Source of the DNA: Candidatus Sericytochromatia bacterium
Lineage (GTDB): Bacteria > Cyanobacteriota > Sericytochromatia > S15B-MN24 > JAQBPE01
Assembly (NCBI GenBank): GCA_040400605.1
Contig: JBBAPZ010000006.1
Location: 73,485 to 137,484 of the forward strand
Direction of reading: 5' to 3'
DNA length: 64,000 bases
A model generated the notes under the pieces. That model ran no database searches, was not told the origin of the DNA, and saw only the letters and a list, made by a program, of their open reading frames with translations. Position numbers and translations under genes: made by a program. Below, piece after piece: positions 41,878-51,607 of this stretch (the first letter of the stretch is position 1; each line of letters starts with the position of its first letter).

Positions 41878-43335
41878 ATGCAGTTGACCTTTAACGAAGC
41901 CCTCCTAAGCACGCAAACCGATGCGCTGATTGTGGCTGTGCGTTCCCACCCATCTCACAGCGATTCGACACTGAATCGCTATCTGCAAACGCTGTTACAA
42001 GATGGTACTTTCAGCGGCGCGGTGGATGAAGTCGAAGTCGTGTACCCGGTGCAAGGCTTGGGATGCAAGCGTGTGATTTTCGTGGGACTGGGCGAGGAAA
42101 ACGTGACGCCAGCGAGTTGGCGTAAGGCTATCACCGCAGGCTATCAGCATGTCAAGGACAAGGTTTCAGTGCTTGGCGTGCTGATGCCAAGTGATGCAGA
42201 CCCAAGCATGCTTGCTGAGTCTACCGTAGAAACAGTGGTATCACTCAGCTATCGTTTTCACCCCTATCGTACCCATCCCCCCGAGCCATCCGAAAAAACG
42301 CTCACCGAACTGGTATTGCCGTGCGCCGACAAATCAAACCCGGCGAACGCAGCGCGCGATGCCCTTGTATTGGCAAATGTGGTCAACCAGGCACGCGACT
42401 GGTCCAATCGACCAGGCAACCAACTGACTGTACCGGAGTTGCTCAAGGCAATTGAATCAGTGTCCAGTGAACACGGTTTGTCCTGCCAGGTGCTGGATGC
42501 GGCGGCACTGAAGACTGAGGGTCTGCATTTGCTGCTCGGTGTCGGCCGTGCCAGCATCCATCAACCGGCGCTGGCGGTGGTAACCTACCAGGGCGCGCCC
42601 AACAACGACGCAACCATTGCCTTGGTTGGCAAAGGCCTGACCTTTGACACGGGTGGTATCTGCATCAAACCCCGTGCCGGAATGGAAGAGATGAAGAGCG
42701 ACATGCACGGGGTTGCCACGGTACTTGGTACGCTGGCTGTTGCCGCCTCACGCAGATTACCGGTTAATCTTGTGGTTGCTATGCCTCTGGCGGAGAACAT
42801 GCCGGGTGGCAACGCACTCAAGCCGGGGGATATCCTCAAAGCTTATGACGGTCAAAGCGTTGAGGTCATTGATACGGATGCGGAGGGACGACTGGTTTTA
42901 GCGGATGCGATCGCCTGGATCATCCAACACCATCAACCCGGCATCCTCATCGATGTCGCCACCTTGACGGGTTCAATCATCACCACCTTGGGTTACGAGG
43001 CCACCGGTCTGTTCAGCCCGGACGACGCGCTTGCCGAATCATTGACGCAAGCAGGCGAACGCACGGGTGAACGCCTGTGGCGCATGCCCATTTGGCCAGC
43101 CTACGAAAAACATATCAAAAGCGACATCGCAGACTGGCGTAACGCCACCCCGATGAAAGGGGATGCCATCGCAGCCGCAGCCTTTTTGAAACAATTCGTT
43201 GGCCAAACCCGTTGGGCGCACCTCGACATCGCCGGCCCCTCCTATTTGCCGGAATCCAAACAGCATCTCCCCAAAGGCTCCACAGGCGTCGGCATTCGGC
43301 TCCTCATCGATTGGCTGACCCATCACCACGCATAA
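41878..43335 (+). CDS. pepA: Leucyl aminopeptidase (M17)
   Basis: GKGLTFDTGG, MKSDM, DTDAEGRL, ATLTG, HLDIAG. Confidence 0.94.
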   Translation: MQLTFNEALLSTQTDALIVAVRSHPSHSDSTLNRYLQTLLQDGTFSGAVDEVEVVYPVQGLGCKRVIFVGLGEENVTPASWRKAITAGYQHVKDKVSVLGVLMPSDADPSMLAESTVETVVSLSYRFHPYRTHPPEPSEKTLTELVLPCADKSNPANAARDALVLANVVNQARDWSNRPGNQLTVPELLKAIESVSSEHGLSCQVLDAAALKTEGLHLLLGVGRASIHQPALAVVTYQGAPNNDATIALVGKGLTFDTGGICIKPRAGMEEMKSDMHGVATVLGTLAVAASRRLPVNLVVAMPLAENMPGGNALKPGDILKAYDGQSVEVIDTDAEGRLVLADAIAWIIQHHQPGILIDVATLTGSIITTLGYEATGLFSPDDALAESLTQAGERTGERLWRMPIWPAYEKHIKSDIADWRNATPMKGDAIAAAAFLKQFVGQTRWAHLDIAGPSYLPESKQHLPKGSTGVGIRLLIDWLTHHHA

Positions 43336-43736
43336 GACCGCGCAAACACCTGTACTGCATCCCAAGACATGCGGGCTGTTTGCCTTGGGATGCGAGCGAA
43401 GACACCACAAGCCTCCAGCCTGAATCGGACATTCGGCCCAGACCCGCGGCAGTTTAGCCCTAAAATGTAGCGGGTCTGGCGCGATGCTGCAAACCTCGTC
43501 TAACCATTTGTTGCCCAACGTCTTTGGCATATGGCAGCAGATTTGTCACCCAAGCGCCGGTTCGACACACCTTAAAATAACAACGGTGATTGAAACCTTC
43601 TTTTGATACCGGCTGCAGTGCACCGTGCCTCTTTTCAAACGAACACCCCAGTGACAGGACAAGCGCATTTGCTACGATGTAACGCCAACGAAACAAGAAC
43701 CAAACAATGAGGCGTTCTCACTTTTTTTAAGTCAAA

Positions 43737-43766
43737 CGGGACCCTATAAAACACCATAGGGTCCCG
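43737..43766 (-). terminator. Terminator hairpin after clpC
   Basis: CGGGACCCTAT-N8-ATAGGGTCCCG 10 nt after the stop; short T tract. Confidence 0.75.
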
Positions 43767-43776
43767 CTATCAGAAC

Positions 43777-46236
43777 TCACACGCCGGCTTCGACAGTTGC
43801 CTTCTCTTCCGGTTCCGGCTTACCTTTCGACGAAAAAACAATTTTCTCGCCGTCACGCTTCGCAACAATCGTGCCTTTCGGAAGTGCGCCCGACAAGATC
43901 TCCTCGGCCAGGGGATCCTCAATCAGACGCTGAATGGCACGCCGCAAAGGCCTGGCGCCGTAAGAAGGATTATAACCTTCATTCGCCAACAAATCGCGCA
44001 CGTCCGATGCCAGCTCAAGGTCATACTCTTGCTCTCTCAGACGATTGCGGACCTCTTTCAGCATCACGTCTGCAATCAAGTTAATCTCATCTCGGGTCAA
44101 CGGATGGAACACAATGATCTCATCGATGCGATTGATGAACTCCGGTCGAAAATTGTTCTTCAACTCGTCCATCACCACATCCTTCATCTTTCGATATCGG
44201 GTGTCATCGCCACCAGACTGGAACCCGAGTGAGGACCCCTTCTCGATCGCCCGCGCACCAATGTTGGACGTCAATATCACGATGGTATTCTTGAAATCCA
44301 CTACCCGCCCTTTGGCATCAGTAAGACGCCCATCTTCCAATATCTGCAACATAATGTTGAAAGCATCGGGATGCGCCTTCTCGATCTCATCGAACAAAAC
44401 AACCGAGTAAGGCTTGCGACGAACCGCCTCAGTCAATTGCCCACCTTCGCCATAACCCACATAACCGGGGGGTGAACCAATCAACTTGGATACTGCATGT
44501 TTCTCCATATACTCGGACATATCCACCCGAATCAAACTGTCCTCTGTACCGAAGAACAAACTGGCCAACGCTTTCGCCAACTCGGTCTTGCCAACCCCCG
44601 TTGGCCCAGAGAAGATGAACGATCCAATCGGTCGCTTGGGATTCTTCAAGCCCACCCGGGCACGGCGAATAGCACGTGAAATGGAATGAACCGCATCATG
44701 CTGCCCGATAACCCGCGCGTGCAAGTCATCCTCAAGGTGCATTAACTGTTCCGTCTCACCCTCGGTCATCCGCTTCACCGGTATACCCGTCCAAGAGGCG
44801 ACAATGTGGGCAATCTCGTCCTCATCGACCATCGGATTGGTCGTTTGGCCCCGTTCGGAACGCCACTCAGCCGCAATGTCACGGATCCGATCCCGCACCG
44901 CCTGCTCCTGGTCCCGCAACTGCGACGCCTTCTCAAAATCCTGCGCCCGAATGGCCGCCTCCTTCTCCTTGGTGAATGCTCGAAGCTCTTTTTCCAATTC
45001 CTTGGCAGCCGGTGGCAGGGAAGATGTACGCAACCGCACCCGACTGGAAGCCTCATCCATCAAGTCGATCGCCTTATCCGGCAAAAACCGGTCCGATATG
45101 TAGCGATCAGCCAACTTGGCCGCAGCCACCAACGCTTCGTCCGTGATCGACAGGCGGTGATGGGTTTCATACCGCTCGCGCAAACCCTTGAGGATCTCAA
45201 TTGTCTCCTCAACGGAAGGCTCGTTCACCATCACAGGCTGAAAACGACGCTCCAAAGCCGCATCCCGTTCAATGTGTTTCCGATATTCATCCAGCGTGGT
45301 CGCACCAATGCACTGCAAATCACCCCTGGCCAAAGCCGGCTTCAGAATGTTGGCAGCATCAACAGCACCCTCTGCCGCACCCGCGCCTATCAGCGTGTGC
45401 AATTCATCAATCACCAGCACGATATTACCTGCGCCTCTGATCTCTTCCATAATTTTCTTGAGACGCTCCTCAAACTCACCCCGATACTTGGTGCCAGCCA
45501 CCAGCGACCCGATATCCAGCGTGACCACACGCTTGTCAGCCAAAATGTCAGGCACTTCACCTGCCATGATCTTGAGTGCCAAACCTTCCGCGACGGCCGT
45601 TTTACCGACGCCGGGCTCTCCAATCAGGACCGGATTGTTTTTCGTGCGCCGACCCAAAATTTGGATCACGCGCTCGATTTCTTTTTCGCGCCCAACCACC
45701 GGGTCCAGTCGGTGTTCTTCCGCCATTTGCGTCAAATTCGACCCAAACTCATCCAGAGTCGGCGTCTTGGAACGGTGCTGACCCGATGTTGTCGTGGTCG
45801 CATTCTCGCCCAACATCCGAATCACGTTCGAACGCACCCGTGAGAGGTCAACGCCCAGATTTTCCAAAACCCTAACGGCAACACCCTCGCCCTCCCGAAT
45901 CAAACCAAGAAGCAAGTGCTCCGTGCCGATATAGTTGTGTCCAAGCTGACGCGCCTCATCCCAGGCAAGCTCCAACACGCGCTTCGCACGGGGTGTAAAC
46001 GGGATCTCAACCGCAACAAAACCAGAGCCTCGCCCGATGATTTTCTCAACCTCAATTCGGGCGTCCTTCAGGCTCACACCCAAACTTTTCAGGGTCTTTG
46101 CAGCCACGCCAGTGCCTTCACCAATCAAACCCAACAAAAGCTGCTCCGTGCCCACGAAGTTATGGCCCAGCCTTCGAGCCTCTTCCTGAGCCAACATGAT
46201 GACCTTGATCGCCTTTTCCGTGAATCTCTCAAACAT
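43777..46236 (-). CDS. clpC: ATP-dependent Clp protease ATP-binding subunit ClpC
   Basis: [42 protein letters not shown] domain, [11 protein letters not shown] loop. Confidence 0.98.
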   Translation of the reverse strand: MFERFTEKAIKVIMLAQEEARRLGHNFVGTEQLLLGLIGEGTGVAAKTLKSLGVSLKDARIEVEKIIGRGSGFVAVEIPFTPRAKRVLELAWDEARQLGHNYIGTEHLLLGLIREGEGVAVRVLENLGVDLSRVRSNVIRMLGENATTTTSGQHRSKTPTLDEFGSNLTQMAEEHRLDPVVGREKEIERVIQILGRRTKNNPVLIGEPGVGKTAVAEGLALKIMAGEVPDILADKRVVTLDIGSLVAGTKYRGEFEERLKKIMEEIRGAGNIVLVIDELHTLIGAGAAEGAVDAANILKPALARGDLQCIGATTLDEYRKHIERDAALERRFQPVMVNEPSVEETIEILKGLRERYETHHRLSITDEALVAAAKLADRYISDRFLPDKAIDLMDEASSRVRLRTSSLPPAAKELEKELRAFTKEKEAAIRAQDFEKASQLRDQEQAVRDRIRDIAAEWRSERGQTTNPMVDEDEIAHIVASWTGIPVKRMTEGETEQLMHLEDDLHARVIGQHDAVHSISRAIRRARVGLKNPKRPIGSFIFSGPTGVGKTELAKALASLFFGTEDSLIRVDMSEYMEKHAVSKLIGSPPGYVGYGEGGQLTEAVRRKPYSVVLFDEIEKAHPDAFNIMLQILEDGRLTDAKGRVVDFKNTIVILTSNIGARAIEKGSSLGFQSGGDDTRYRKMKDVVMDELKNNFRPEFINRIDEIIVFHPLTRDEINLIADVMLKEVRNRLREQEYDLELASDVRDLLANEGYNPSYGARPLRRAIQRLIEDPLAEEILSGALPKGTIVAKRDGEKIVFSSKGKPEPEEKATVEAGV

Positions 46237-46560
46237 CGTGCACCCTCTTCATTGTGGCCTGGCGATGCGCAGCGAGTATGAACCCCTGTGCCCGGATTGA
46301 CAAGCTATCCTGGAACCAGGCTTCACCCACCGACAAGGCTCGAAGTGACCCGGCATGGCCTTATTCTACCCCGGCAACCCGTCTTTAATAACCAAAAACC
46401 CATGACCAGTCCTCAAAGTCTGTTTCACGGATTCCCCCGCTCGCGACAGGAGCGCAGAGCCCCCCGCAAGACGCCGCAACGGTACCACAGGTTTCGCGCA
46501 TCCTCAAGACCAAGCCGCACTGAATCGGGTGCCGGTTTAAACGGACGCCCGCGTCCTGAC

Positions 46561-46950
46561 TCAGCCGTTGTCCGAATGTTCACGCAGTCGCTGGGTGATC
46601 TCATCAATGTCACGCTGCCGCGACGCCTTCATCTGCTCCAACGCCACCAATTTTGTTTGAATGTCAGCCAACTCACGCACTTTGTGCTTCTTGACCTCCT
46701 CCAGTTCGTTCTGCAAGCGAATGATTTTCTCAACCCCCGCCAAATTGATGCCCAACTCTTGCGTCAGCTGCTGAATGTACATCAGTCGCTCAATATCGTG
46801 CTGGGAGTACAATCGATTTTTCCCCTGCCGCTTGGGCGCGACAAGCCCTCGACGCTCGTATAGCCTCAAGGTTTGAGGATGCATGTTCACCAACTCCGCA
46901 GCCACGCTGATGATATAGAGTGGTCGATCGTTCGGATCAAAGTCAGACAT
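46561..46950 (-). CDS. hspR: HspR-like MerR-family heat-shock repressor
   Basis: [45 protein letters not shown] before ATG 46950. Confidence 0.85.
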   Translation of the reverse strand: MSDFDPNDRPLYIISVAAELVNMHPQTLRLYERRGLVAPKRQGKNRLYSQHDIERLMYIQQLTQELGINLAGVEKIIRLQNELEEVKKHKVRELADIQTKLVALEQMKASRQRDIDEITQRLREHSDNG

Positions 46951-46979
46951 ACGAAACCTCCATTGCCTGCCATTAACGG

Positions 46980-47002
46980 ACTTGACAAAGACCTTATAAA
47001 GT
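46980..47002. promoter_or_regulatory. Degenerate HAIR-like inverted repeat upstream of hspR
   Basis: A-CTTGACA-N7-TATAAAG-T versus HAIR CTTGAGT-N7-ACTCAAG (9/14 match, same spacing). Confidence 0.35.
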
Positions 47003-47256
47003 GGGGCATGGCATCTAAACAACAAACAGGGTGGCTGTCAACGAGCGCAGCGTGCAGAAATTGCAGCAAACACCAGTGCCAGCCGACGGTTTTGACCGAA
47101 TGGGCCCTTCAGGCGCGACGGTGGCATGTCTTGGCCTGGTATGCTACCCTTTTGGCGGTTGGATCTCGACTTTTGGAGCGAGCCTGTGTTGGTGCGCCTG
47201 GATTCGGATTACCCGATGTGCCAGATAATCCCTGATGACAGAGAGGTGGGAGCACG

Positions 47257-48384
47257 ATGACCGTGAATGTGGCAGAGAACAAGGGACTTGAAGATGTTGT
47301 GGTGGGCCCTTCGAGTATCAGTTCGATCATTGATGATGTGTTGACTTACAGAGGTTACAGCATCGATGACTTGACCGAGAACGCCAGCTGTTTCGAAGAA
47401 ATAGTCCATTTGTTGTGGTACGGGCGGTTGCCCGTGCAGTCGGAGCTCGTTGCGCTCCGCGACGCGATCGTGGCGGGCGCGATCATCCCCGTTCCGGTGC
47501 TGGGTTGGATGGCGACGGTGTCACGCGACGCCAACCCGATGGATGTGTTGCGGACGGCCGTGTCGATGTTGGGGTTGTACGACCCGCAGCGCGATGAGAA
47601 CACGGCGGAAGCCAATTTGAGCAAGGCCATTCGTCTGCAGGGACAGATTGCTGCACTGGTTGCGGCCTTTGAGCGGGTTCGCGAAGGGTTGCAGCCGCTT
47701 GATGCAAGACCTGGGGAGACCTTGGCTTGGAACTTTCTGTATATGATGACTGGCAAGGAGCCGGATGCGTTGTCGGTCAAGGCGTTTGAAAGAGCGCTCA
47801 TCTTGCACGCCGATCACGAATTTAATGCGTCAACCTTTGCCGCACGGCAAACGGCTTCGACTTTGTCCGATATGCACTCGGCGATTACGTCGGCTATCGG
47901 AACGTTGAAGGGGCCTTTGCATGGGGGTGCCAACACGGCAGTGATGCAGATGCTTCAGGAGGTGGGCACCGCCGAGAATGCGGAGCCTTGGATCAAGGAT
48001 GCCTTGGCGAAGAAGAAAAAGATCATGGGTTTTGGGCATCGCGTCTATGAAAATGGTGACCCACGTGCCAAGCATTTGCGTGCGATGTCTAAAGAACTGG
48101 CGGTTCGAACCGGTGAACCCAAGTGGTATGAAATGTCAATCACTATCGATGATGTGGTGAAGCGTGAGAAAGGTCTCTTGACCAACGTCGACTTTTATTC
48201 GGCATCCACCTATCATTACTTGGGCATCCCCGGTGATCAGTTTACCCCGATCTTTGCAGTGAGCCGCCTCTCGGGTTGGGCTGCGCACGTGATGGAGCAA
48301 CTCGCCAACAATCGGTTGATTCGTCCACGCGCCGAGTATACAGGCCCCGGACACCAAGTCTTCGTACCTATTCAAGCGCGTTGA
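47257..48384 (+). CDS. Citrate synthase (short dimeric type, CitZ/PrpC family)
   Basis: LHADHEFNASTF, GPLHGGAN, IMGFGHRVY, NVDFYS, RLIRP. Confidence 0.95.
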   Translation: MTVNVAENKGLEDVVVGPSSISSIIDDVLTYRGYSIDDLTENASCFEEIVHLLWYGRLPVQSELVALRDAIVAGAIIPVPVLGWMATVSRDANPMDVLRTAVSMLGLYDPQRDENTAEANLSKAIRLQGQIAALVAAFERVREGLQPLDARPGETLAWNFLYMMTGKEPDALSVKAFERALILHADHEFNASTFAARQTASTLSDMHSAITSAIGTLKGPLHGGANTAVMQMLQEVGTAENAEPWIKDALAKKKKIMGFGHRVYENGDPRAKHLRAMSKELAVRTGEPKWYEMSITIDDVVKREKGLLTNVDFYSASTYHYLGIPGDQFTPIFAVSRLSGWAAHVMEQLANNRLIRPRAEYTGPGHQVFVPIQAR

Positions 48385-48396
48385 GGGTTTAACGGG

Positions 48397-48428
48397 AAGC
48401 CGGCCTGCTCGAGCAGACCGGCTTTTTT
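48397..48428 (+). terminator. Rho-independent terminator after citrate synthase
   Basis: AAGCCGGCCTGC-TCGA-GCAGACCGGCTT followed by TTTT. Confidence 0.85.
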
Positions 48429-48537
48429 GTTGGTTGATTTAATCAAACTTTAGGTTGTTGTTAATACGGTTTGGTTGGCAGCATTCGATAATGATGATGG
48501 TGCCGGGGAGTATAACTAAACGAGCAGGGTTGTGTGA

Positions 48538-49569
48538 ATGTTGCAATTTTTGCGCCAGTATACGTGTCCGACGCGAGTGCAGGGTGCTTGGTTTTTGTTT
48601 GTGGTACTGATGGCGATCGGGTGTGGCAAGGCGCCGGTCGGTTCCACGGTCCTGCCGCAGGATCCGCCGCGATCGTCACTCAAACGTGTGGGAACGAGTG
48701 GTCTGACGCGTTTTCTTGCGCGTAACATTCGTTATCGGGTTGATCGCAACATTGCGCTCACGGTGCACGACCTGAACGCGGACCTGTTGCTGAAAGACAC
48801 CAGCCAGCCATTCAACCCCTCAAACAAAGTCGGTTACAGTGTCATGCAACATTACAGCAGCGTTGACGTGGACGGTGAGAGTCTGAGTCACCTGATGAAT
48901 GATTATGTCTTACGCGATCCCGAATCCCCTCTGCGAGCGATCAACATTGTTTTAACCGCTGATCAAATGCGTTTGAGCGGCCAGATGAAGCAGGGATTGT
49001 GGGTGCCTTTCGAAATGGAAGGGCGGATTGAGTCCACACCAGAGGGACAGATTCGCATGATGCCAACGGTCATCAAGTCGGTGGGCGTACGCGTTGATGG
49101 TTTGATGAACCTGTTTGGTATCCGCATCGCCACTTTATTGCAAAACATGACTGACAATGGCTTGACGTTGAAGGGCAATCAAATTTTGATGGATGTCGGC
49201 AAGATGTTTCCGCCGCCACGATTATTGGGTCGTGTCAGTGTGGCGCGCGTGCAGAACCAGTTGCTTCATATCGAATACAACGATGGTCGGGCACAGCCGT
49301 GGCCCAAGTTGCCAATCCCCGATGCGCGAAGCTGCATCGCGATGTGGGGTGGTGATGTGGTAATCAACAACTGCATCACCATCGACGCCAAATTTCAGAT
49401 TATGGATATGACACCGCAAACACCCATGGTTTATGCAGCGGATCGCTACCTCGACGGTCTTGAGGCGGGATTCAACATCCCGACCAAAGATGGACACAAC
49501 ATCTCATACGTTCCCGACATTCTCGATTTTGAGGGCAAAATGCCCCGCTACGTCCCCAATCTGCGGTAA
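48538..49569 (+). CDS. Hypothetical lipoprotein (beta-rich)
   Basis: FVVLMAIG-C lipobox; 343-codon open frame; start uncertain. Confidence 0.75.
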   Translation: MLQFLRQYTCPTRVQGAWFLFVVLMAIGCGKAPVGSTVLPQDPPRSSLKRVGTSGLTRFLARNIRYRVDRNIALTVHDLNADLLLKDTSQPFNPSNKVGYSVMQHYSSVDVDGESLSHLMNDYVLRDPESPLRAINIVLTADQMRLSGQMKQGLWVPFEMEGRIESTPEGQIRMMPTVIKSVGVRVDGLMNLFGIRIATLLQNMTDNGLTLKGNQILMDVGKMFPPPRLLGRVSVARVQNQLLHIEYNDGRAQPWPKLPIPDARSCIAMWGGDVVINNCITIDAKFQIMDMTPQTPMVYAADRYLDGLEAGFNIPTKDGHNISYVPDILDFEGKMPRYVPNLR

Positions 49570-49593
49570 GCACCGCTTAAGGATGGGTTTCAC

Positions 49594-50196
49594 TCAAAGT
49601 GTCCGCAAAAGTCTTGCCGGCACGCCGGCAATGATCGAGCCGCCTGGAAACGAGCGGTTGACCACGGCGTGAGCGCCTACGATACAGTTATCCCCAAGTT
49701 CCACCCCTTTCAGGATGCTGACGCCTGCCCCCACCCACACGTTTCGTCCGAGGCGTATCGGTGCGACCGTGTAGCCGGTCTTGCGATAGGGAATCGGTTG
49801 CGCCGCGGTCGGATGATCGTGATCACGGATTGGTATCCGATGATCGTGATCACGGAGCGGTATCCGATGATCGTGATCACGAATGGAAACGCGTTCTGCG
49901 AGTAGACAGTCGTCGCCGATGATGATGTTATCCATCGCGCTAATGATCGAAAATGGGCCAATATGCACGTGTTGGCCCACGATCAGCTGACCTTCGACTT
50001 TCAATTCCGTATGATGACGCAAATGAACGTGTGCGCCGATCCGCAGCACGGCCCCTTGTGAGATTCTCCAAATGAGATCGTGTTCCAAGCGATACGGAGC
50101 GTCAAGCTTCAGACCCGGATGGCGGCGTGAGAGCTCAGCCATTGACCATGTCTGATGCAACTTGGACCAGATATGGCGCAAACGCAAATTGCTCAT
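49594..50196 (-). CDS. Hexapeptide-repeat (LbH) O-acyltransferase
   Basis: IGDDCL, LGRNVWVGAGVSILKGVELGDNCIVGAHAVV, GVPAR. Confidence 0.92.
   Translation of the reverse strand: MSNLRLRHIWSKLHQTWSMAELSRRHPGLKLDAPYRLEHDLIWRISQGAVLRIGAHVHLRHHTELKVEGQLIVGQHVHIGPFSIISAMDNIIIGDDCLLAERVSIRDHDHRIPLRDHDHRIPIRDHDHPTAAQPIPYRKTGYTVAPIRLGRNVWVGAGVSILKGVELGDNCIVGAHAVVNRSFPGGSIIAGVPARLLRTL
49812..49884 (-). repeat. 27-bp coding tandem repeat (2.7 copies) encoding (I/L)RDHDHRIP
   Basis: gatgatcgtgatcacg units start at 49812, 49839 and 49866. Confidence 0.95.
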
Positions 50197-50365
50197 CGGG
50201 TTTCACTCCTCGTCACCGGGTAAAGGAACTTGATGCAAACGGCTGCTTGCGACGGACGCCTATCGCATCCTTAAAACCTGAAATGCTTGTGGGGTGCCTG
50301 TGTGACGTCAAGACGCCGGCCGATTTGTCTCGCAGTCCAAGGTTGTTCGCCTGCCAGACGGAAAG

Positions 50366-51607
50366 TCATTGGTTTAACGGGCGATTGGCGGTTCGGTTGC
50401 GGGCGGGCGGATTGTTGAACAATTGTTCATAAGCCAGCCACGTGCGTTCGGTCATGGCGCTGAGACTCAGGTGTTCACAGACCTTGCGTCTGGCGGCACG
50501 ACCAAGTGCGGCGCCGAGTTGCGGATACAACAGCAATGTGCGAAGCGCCTCAAAAAGTGGTTCAGGATGAACACGGGGGATGAGGTAGGAATCATTCAGG
50601 TGCGAGAGAATTTCCGGTACCCCGCCTGAGGCGCATGCCACAATTGCACGACTGGCGGCCATGGCTTCAAGGTAAACCAATCCGAGCGGTTCGAAACGGG
50701 AGGGCGCGACAAAAACATCACTTGCAGCGTACCAATCGTGGATCCGTGCGTGAGGGATAAATCCTGTTAAACGGAGCAAGTGAGCGCACCCTGCCTGCCG
50801 TGCCAACGTCTCAAATCGGTTTACACAACCAAAATCGCGCGTCGCGGCACCCGCCAACACGAGGTATACTGAGTGTCCTGCGCCGCTCAGACGCAACCAG
50901 GCCTCAACTAACTCGTTAACACCTTTGCGATGTTCCAGGCGTCCCACAAAAAGCAGGACGACAGCATCCTCGGGAATTCTCAGCCAGGCGCGCACCGCGC
51001 CACGATTTCCTGTCCTGAAGACGTCCGCATCAATTCCTGGCAAGACGACTTGCGACGGTGCGCGCGAGGTGTTGAAGTCGTTTCGTGCAGCGTCAAGCAA
51101 AGCTTGGGACTGGGCCAGTATGACGTCAGCTTGATGATAAGTGTGTCGTTCCATCGCTTCCAGTGCAGCTTGTCCGCGTGCGGGCGCCCGCTGATTCAAT
51201 CGGCGAATGAGACGGGAATAACCGTGCAAGCGAACGACCAAAGGCGTTTTGGTAACGGCGGGCAAAAACAGGCCGGCGCCGAGGTAGTCGGGGACTTCGA
51301 TCAGGTCGAAGGGCCCTTCGTGAGCCTCGATGTGATGGATGTGCCGAGCCAATGCCCACGCGAAATTCAACGCGGGCATGACGCAGCCGACACGGCTTAA
51401 CAGGCGATCGCCACGCACCCGAATGGGGCGATAGGTCACCCCCTCCCATTCGAGCGTTTGAGGCTCAGGCGTCATACATCGTGCCAGCACCGTCACGGCG
51501 TGGCTCCGTTTTGCAAGACCCCTGGCCAAGTCATTCACAAAGGTGCCAATGCCGCCGTGAACCCCATGGGCGGGGGCTTCCGTCGTTACGAGGCCGATAC
51601 GAACCAT
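50366..51607 (-). CDS. GT4-family glycosyltransferase
   Basis: GGIGT, FVGRLEHRKG, PSRFEPLGLVYLEAMA; start moved to ATG 51607. Confidence 0.93.
   Translation of the reverse strand: MVRIGLVTTEAPAHGVHGGIGTFVNDLARGLAKRSHAVTVLARCMTPEPQTLEWEGVTYRPIRVRGDRLLSRVGCVMPALNFAWALARHIHHIEAHEGPFDLIEVPDYLGAGLFLPAVTKTPLVVRLHGYSRLIRRLNQRAPARGQAALEAMERHTYHQADVILAQSQALLDAARNDFNTSRAPSQVVLPGIDADVFRTGNRGAVRAWLRIPEDAVVLLFVGRLEHRKGVNELVEAWLRLSGAGHSVYLVLAGAATRDFGCVNRFETLARQAGCAHLLRLTGFIPHARIHDWYAASDVFVAPSRFEPLGLVYLEAMAASRAIVACASGGVPEILSHLNDSYLIPRVHPEPLFEALRTLLLYPQLGAALGRAARRKVCEHLSLSAMTERTWLAYEQLFNNPPARNRTANRPLNQ

Noticed and set aside
44806..45843. 345-aa plus-strand ORF
   Set aside because: Antisense shadow of clpC; no motifs.
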